The position numbers were made by a program, and so were the translations under genes. A DNA stretch of 64,000 nt, from the IMG/VR virus record IMGVR_UViG_3300044981_000029, positions 6,195 through 70,194 of that record; one strand, written 5' to 3'. Positions within the stretch are counted from its first letter, which is position 1, and the number at the start of each line of letters is the position of its first letter. Source of the DNA: a virus. Under the pieces are notes generated by a model. It had not been told where the DNA came from. It ran no database searches and was given only the letters and a program-made list of their open reading frames with translations. This document shows, piece after piece, positions 59,304-64,000 of the stretch.

Positions 59304-59719
59304 TGGCCAAATCCAACCACAAGATGACGGAGATCGCTGAGACCATCGGACCTCGCGACAAGGTTCTGCTGGCTGCACTCGGCAAGTATTGGAAGAAAGA
59401 TTTCACGGTCCTTCACAGTCAGGTTCTCGTTGCCGGGTATATCTGTTCAAGCCGTACTGCCGGCGGCATTATCAGAACCGACAGAACGATTGAGGAGGAC
59501 AAGTGGCAAGGCAATATTGGCCTCGTGATCGGCCTCGGGAAGGGCGCATTCAAGGATGATGGCGTGGCGCAGTTTCACGGCGACAGACTCAAAATCGGCG
59601 AGTGGGTCTTGGTGAACCCGGCTGATGGCCTGTCGATGCACATCAATCAGGTGCCATGCCGGCTGTTCCAGGACACACGCATCTTGATGAAGGTCACCAA
59701 CCCGGAGATTTACTACTGA
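59303..59719 (+). CDS. groES: Phage-encoded GroES-like co-chaperonin
   Basis: VLV......RTAGGII......E.....G.VIGLG..AF......KIGEWV......G......CRL..D..I. Confidence 0.85.
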   Translation: MAKSNHKMTEIAETIGPRDKVLLAALGKYWKKDFTVLHSQVLVAGYICSSRTAGGIIRTDRTIEEDKWQGNIGLVIGLGKGAFKDDGVAQFHGDRLKIGEWVLVNPADGLSMHINQVPCRLFQDTRILMKVTNPEIYY

Positions 59720-59887
59720 TGGAAACCACGATCGATGATTTGGTGGAAAAGTACGGGGCTGCCGAAGGGGCCAAGGCGTATTTGGAAGTGCAGGTTTATG
59801 GCCGCTATACTTTGCCAGATGGCGTAGTGATCACATGCGCCTTCCCAGATGGCAGTGAGTTGGCCGCAGCTTTTGAGGCGAATGACC

Positions 59888-60241
59888 ATGCCTGACCTTG
59901 ACGACGGTGGTCGATCAGGATTCCTCGATGAGCCTCACGACGCTACCCCATCCGCCTTCATCCAATGGAAGGGCACCGACGTTTGCATGGACTTCTATTG
60001 TGATTGCGGAGCTCAAGGTCATTTCGATGGCGATTTCGCGTATGCCGTGAAGTGCCAGCACTGCGGCCAAATATGGGAAATGCCGTGCAAATTGTATCCG
60101 CGAAAGGCTAGTCATGCGACTGATCAATATTGGGTGGAAAACGCCAAGATGCTGGAGCCGGATGAAGAATTTTGCGATGCCGTTGAAGTAAATGGAGTCT
60201 GGGAAATGAGACCGCGACCTGTCCCGCAGGGAGGATACTAA
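59888..60241 (+). CDS. Cys-rich hypothetical protein
   Basis: GAGG RBS; FIQWKGTDVCMDFYCDCG..GH.D......KC.HCG. Confidence 0.6.
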   Translation: MPDLDDGGRSGFLDEPHDATPSAFIQWKGTDVCMDFYCDCGAQGHFDGDFAYAVKCQHCGQIWEMPCKLYPRKASHATDQYWVENAKMLEPDEEFCDAVEVNGVWEMRPRPVPQGGY

Positions 60242-61242
60242 TGCCACCGGATCTTGACGACGACGCAATCATCGTATCGCTGCCGATCGAGGACGACGGC
60301 ATTACCAAGATCGAGGGCGGTGGGGAGAAGAAGGTCGAAGTCGCTGCCGACGATCCTATCGCGGATCTGAAGAGCCAATTCAGCAGCATGACGCAGCGCG
60401 CGACGGCGGCCGAGACGCTGGCGCAGCAGACCGCCCACCGGTTGAAAGAGGTCACCACCGAGCTTCAGACCACCAAGGCAGCGGTTACCGATAGCCAACT
60501 CGATACCGTACTGAGCGGCATTCAGGCGGCCGAGGCCGAGGCTACAGCAGCCGAGCGAGATTTCGTCGCGGCTGTTGAGGCTGGCGATGCGATGGCCCAA
60601 GCCAGGGCACAGCGCAAAATGAGCGCGGCTGAGGTGCGCGTCCAGCGGCTTACCGAGGCCAAGGGTGACCTTGAGGAAGTCAAGACGGCAAAGCCCGTTC
60701 AGCGCACGGAAGCCCGCACCGAGCCGCGACAGCAGACCAGCGACCCGGTTGAACAGGTCATCATCAACGGCAAGGTCCCGCCGAAGTCGGCGCAGTGGCT
60801 GCGCGCCCATCCCGATTGCGTTACCGACCCCAAGAAGAATGCCAGGATGATGGCTGCGCACCAGATGGCCATCGCGGAGGATATCCCAGTTGAGAGCGAC
60901 GAGTATTTCGCGCTGATCGAGAAGACGGTCGGCGGCATGAAGGCTGAACCAGCGCCGCGCGTTGATCCAAAGGTCGAACTGAACGGCAAGCGCCCAGCGA
61001 GCAATGCGGCCGGCGGCGGCAATGTGGGGGGTGGCATGAACGGCGGGACATATCAGGTAGCACTCACCAAGGGTCAAGCGGAGGCGTCCGTAGACGGCAC
61101 CCACGTGTGGAACTACGACGATCCCAGCGGCAAAAACCGATTCAAGAAGGGCGACGTCATCGGGAAGCAAGAGATGGCAAGGCGTGTTGATGCGCAGCGC
61201 AAGGCTGGCCTTTTTGACCGGAATTATTCGGTGGAATCATGA
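60241..61242 (+). CDS. Capsid scaffolding-like protein
   Basis: Acidic N-terminus, long coiled coil, A.W...HP, A.H......SDEYF..I; lies after GroES. Confidence 0.7.
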   Translation: MPPDLDDDAIIVSLPIEDDGITKIEGGGEKKVEVAADDPIADLKSQFSSMTQRATAAETLAQQTAHRLKEVTTELQTTKAAVTDSQLDTVLSGIQAAEAEATAAERDFVAAVEAGDAMAQARAQRKMSAAEVRVQRLTEAKGDLEEVKTAKPVQRTEARTEPRQQTSDPVEQVIINGKVPPKSAQWLRAHPDCVTDPKKNARMMAAHQMAIAEDIPVESDEYFALIEKTVGGMKAEPAPRVDPKVELNGKRPASNAAGGGNVGGGMNGGTYQVALTKGQAEASVDGTHVWNYDDPSGKNRFKKGDVIGKQEMARRVDAQRKAGLFDRNYSVES

Positions 61243-61988
61243 AACCCGTCCGCGAGATCGTTTCCAGAGAAATCATCGATGATCTGTGGGGCGCTGGCTA
61301 CAGCATCCTGCCGCGCGCTCGGCATCCTGATCCGTTCCATGTGCCGGCCGAGATGGTGCCGCAGGGGCGGTCGTATCAGTGGTTCGACCTGAAGCACGAC
61401 AAGTTCCACTACGGCGACGATGAGCACAACACTGGCTGGGCACCCGTTCCCGCCGCGCGACATGACGGATACTTCATGCCGGCAGGCTTCATCGGTGATA
61501 TCGAGGTCAGCGGGCTTGGACTATTCGAGAAACCGAAATTCGAGGTGGAACGGGACCGCGCGGCGGCTATTCAGAAGGCGCAAGACGCTGGCGACCCCGC
61601 CAAGTTCTTTGCCGGAAAAGGTTTCAGCGGATCGGTGACCATCGGCACTCAAACCAAGCTTGGCGAACTTGACACAGTAAAGGCAACTGAGATCGGCAGC
61701 ACCAAGACGATTGAGAATATCACCAAGATTCCGCGCGAGTTGACTCCGTGCATTGCGCAGATATTCGAGGAGCGGGATCGTTTGGCCCACGCGCTTCAGA
61801 ATGCGTGGGATGACAATCTAGCTCTGACCGATGATCAGGCTGCAATCACCAAAAGATATAGGTTGGCCGTAGAAGAGGATTCGGGTGTGGCTAGATGGCC
61901 AACGCTAAATGCCATGATCCTTCCGTACGCCATCGCCATCGTCCGTAAACGCATTGCCGAGGAGGCCGAAAATGCAAAAACATCTTGA
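61239..61988 (+). CDS. Head-module protein, paralog 2 of the QW...GW..VP family
   Basis: DPFHVPAEMVPQG.SYQW...GWAPVPAARHDG....G..G.IEVSGLGLFEKP. Confidence 0.65.
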   Translation: MKPVREIVSREIIDDLWGAGYSILPRARHPDPFHVPAEMVPQGRSYQWFDLKHDKFHYGDDEHNTGWAPVPAARHDGYFMPAGFIGDIEVSGLGLFEKPKFEVERDRAAAIQKAQDAGDPAKFFAGKGFSGSVTIGTQTKLGELDTVKATEIGSTKTIENITKIPRELTPCIAQIFEERDRLAHALQNAWDDNLALTDDQAAITKRYRLAVEEDSGVARWPTLNAMILPYAIAIVRKRIAEEAENAKTS

Positions 61989-62709
61989 GATCGAAGGCGG
62001 CGCAGAAGATCGGCCGCAGCATGTTTCGGCCCAGCCCAATCCGGCACCGCATGGATATCTGAAGGATGGAATAACCCCGCGCAAGGCGCCCGGTCGCCCG
62101 AAGACGCGAGAGCCGCAGACCACGCCGCAAGGTGCGCGTGCCGCCCCGCCGCTGCGCCGACTCAATCCGCGTCCTGTACCGCGGGAGCAGCCCCGTGAGA
62201 TGGCGCGCGAGCCGTCCCGCGGCAATGCAACGGTAGTCGGCCGTGATGGCGAAGAGCTTGTCCGATCCCGCCCTGATTCGGGCGGCGATCTGTACGAAAA
62301 GGTCAAGTGCCCCGATCCGGATTGGACGTATCAATGGAATGCTGTGACCGCCGTGGGCAAGGAGATGGACGAACAGCAGCTCCAGATGTGGGCGAACGGA
62401 TGGCGTCCCGTGCCAGCCTCGCGCCATCCCGGCGTATATTCGGCTCCGGGCTATGACGGTCAGATCGTCGTGAAGGGACTGCGGCTTGAAGAGCGGCCGA
62501 AGCGTCTCACCGAGGAAGCCCAATACGAGGACAACATGCGGGCGCAGAAACAGACGCGTGACCAGACCGACGCGCTGCGGTTGACGCAAGCAAAACTGCC
62601 GGGAGCCGAGCATGGAGCGCGCGGCAATCGTGTTGCGATCGACGTTTCACGTCGTTTCACGGCTGACATTCCCGTACCGCAGCACATCCTGGCTGGAGAT
62701 AATGACTGA
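61972..62709 (+). CDS. Head-module protein, paralog 3 of the QW...GW..VP family
   Basis: GAGGAGG RBS; P.PDWTYQW...GWRPVPASRHPG....G..G.IVVKGLRLEERP. Confidence 0.7.
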   Translation: MQKHLEIEGGAEDRPQHVSAQPNPAPHGYLKDGITPRKAPGRPKTREPQTTPQGARAAPPLRRLNPRPVPREQPREMAREPSRGNATVVGRDGEELVRSRPDSGGDLYEKVKCPDPDWTYQWNAVTAVGKEMDEQQLQMWANGWRPVPASRHPGVYSAPGYDGQIVVKGLRLEERPKRLTEEAQYEDNMRAQKQTRDQTDALRLTQAKLPGAEHGARGNRVAIDVSRRFTADIPVPQHILAGDND

Positions 62710-63455
62710 TGGCGACGAATATCCTGATCCTGTTGCCGGCTTACGGCAACATGGTGTCCGTTCCGACGCTGAACACGACCCATGCGCTTATCCAGATGTT
62801 CGGCAGCAAGGGAATCTGCGGCGGAATCGCGGCGTTCAGTTATCCGGACGTAACGGAAGCGAGAAATATCATGCTGACGGGCTGGTACGATGGCTGCCCG
62901 GATGCCACGCACGCGCTATTTCTGGATTCGGACATGGGCTTCAGCCCGCAACTCGTGGCTGACATGCTGATGTTCGACGAACCGATGGTCGGAGCGCTAT
63001 ACCGGAAGAAAACGGAGCCTGTACAGTGGGCGGCGTCTGGCCTAGGCGGCGAAACCGAATCGCGCGGGCCGTTTATGAAAGTCGCTGGCCTCGGAATGGG
63101 GTGTTTCCTGATTCGCCGAGATGCCATCGCGACCATGCTGGCGAAAATGCCGGAGCTGAGCGACTATCGGATGACCTATCACGCGGCCAAGGACATGCTG
63201 AAAGACCGGATTATTCGCGCGTTCGACCCGTTCGACGACCCGGATGATGCGACACATGGTCGCATGTCGGAAGATTTATCGTTCTGCGCCCGCTGGCGGC
63301 AATGCGGCGGCACGGTTTGGGCTGCGGTGAACCACGATATCGAGCACGTGGGTATGTATTCCTACAAGGGGAACTTCGCGCGGCATTCATTGGAGCAAAA
63401 GGACGCGCCGCAGCTCACGCTGGTCGATGCGGCGAAGCTTATGGCTGCGGAGTAA
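62709..63455 (+). CDS. GT-A fold (GT2-like) glycosyltransferase
   Basis: ILLPAY, ARN, HALFLDSD (DxD), G.GCFLIRR, SEDLSFC.RW, H.G. Confidence 0.8.
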   Translation: MATNILILLPAYGNMVSVPTLNTTHALIQMFGSKGICGGIAAFSYPDVTEARNIMLTGWYDGCPDATHALFLDSDMGFSPQLVADMLMFDEPMVGALYRKKTEPVQWAASGLGGETESRGPFMKVAGLGMGCFLIRRDAIATMLAKMPELSDYRMTYHAAKDMLKDRIIRAFDPFDDPDDATHGRMSEDLSFCARWRQCGGTVWAAVNHDIEHVGMYSYKGNFARHSLEQKDAPQLTLVDAAKLMAAE

Positions 63456-63458
63456 ATC

Positions 63459-64000
63459 ATGGAATTTCAACCTTTCCCAAAGATCGCGCGCCTCAACCGA
63501 AAATGCGTCATCACCGAGAAAATCGATGGGACCAATGCTGTCATCAATATAGATGATGATGGCGTCATCACCGCCGGCAGTCGATCGCGCTGGATCACTC
63601 CAAAAGAGGATAACTTCGGTTTCGCGAAGTGGGTTGAGGCCAACTCCTCCGCGCTGCTCGATCTTGGGCCGGGGAATCACTACGGCGAATGGTGGGGATA
63701 TGGCATCCAGCGCGGCTATGGGCTGACGAAGGGCGATAAGCGATTTTCGTTGTTCAACGTAGCGCGGTGGTCGGAAGAGCGTCCAGCATGCTGTTCGGTG
63801 GTTCCGACGCTTTACCGAGGTCCATTCTCAACGGATGAAATCGAGGCTCAAATCGCGAGACTGCGCATATACGGCTCGGTGGCGTCGGAGGGGTTTATGA
63901 AACCGGAAGGCGTCATAATCTGGCACGATGCGGCGCGCCAATTGTTCAAGGTCACGCTGGAGAAGGACGAAGAGCCAAAAGGAAAACAGCAGGCAGTGGA
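63459..64000 (+). CDS. RNA ligase (Rnl2-like nucleotidyltransferase domain), 3'-truncated
   Basis: Hand translation: MEFQPFPKIARL...TEKIDGTNA (motif I), SRSR, YGEWWG (III), FSLFN (IIIa), PEGVII (IV), LFK (V). Absent from the ORF track because it runs off the end. Confidence 0.88.
   Translation, partial: MEFQPFPKIARLNRKCVITEKIDGTNAVINIDDDGVITAGSRSRWITPKEDNFGFAKWVEANSSALLDLGPGNHYGEWWGYGIQRGYGLTKGDKRFSLFNVARWSEERPACCSVVPTLYRGPFSTDEIEAQIARLRIYGSVASEGFMKPEGVIIWHDAARQLFKVTLEKDEEPKGKQQAV

Larger units (their letters stand above)
1..64000. mobile_element. Tailed dsDNA bacteriophage genome segment (podovirus-like, probable alphaproteobacterial host)
   Basis: Terminase, portal, scaffold-like, adaptor, nozzle, ejection-type proteins, endolysin and phage recombination genes, densely packed with ATGA/TGATG overlaps. 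No host housekeeping genes. No tape measure, tube or sheath genes. Confidence 0.95.

Noticed and set aside
1-64000. tRNA, rRNA or CRISPR array
   Set aside because: No cloverleaf with T-loop consensus, rRNA-like tract or regularly spaced repeat-spacer array seen by eye; tRNAscan and CRISPR finders were not run.

Overview
The whole window looks like most of a circularly permuted, podovirus-type dsDNA phage genome. The host is probably an Alphaproteobacterium (GcrA homolog, CTTGAC-N17-CTTTAT promoters, GC-rich). There are three blocks. (1) A rightward morphogenesis/lysis arm runs from terminase small subunit (49005) through terminase large subunit, portal, GroES, scaffold-like protein, glycosyltransferase and RNA ligase to the window end. 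It appears to resume at base 1 with post-capsid structural genes, adaptors, fibres, nozzle, GNAT, two giant ejection-type proteins, a GH108 endolysin and glycanases, ending at about 26367. (2) A leftward early arm (36975 to 26378) carries ERF, YqaJ exonuclease, NinB, GcrA, DnaA domain IV, Lar-like and PAPS-reductase-like genes. (3) A rightward arm (37075-48994) carries a Cro-like HTH, a DNA methyltransferase, a DUF1376-like initiator, an SF2 helicase and many small ORFs. I see no major capsid protein, integrase, DNA polymerase, tRNA or CRISPR array; the capsid gene probably lies just outside the window. The strongest unexplained signal is a short peptide motif, [RKYF]-x-x-G-G-x-[VI] or a close variant, found about 22 times, often as doublets, in five proteins of the morphogenesis arm. 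It may be a diglycine packaging/processing tag. Other leads are Sec-signal-bearing, cysteine-paired fibre/appendage proteins, a highly structured non-coding region after the portal gene, three paralogous head-module proteins, three copies of an early promoter and a candidate replication origin. All family assignments are by-eye motif recognition; no database search was run.
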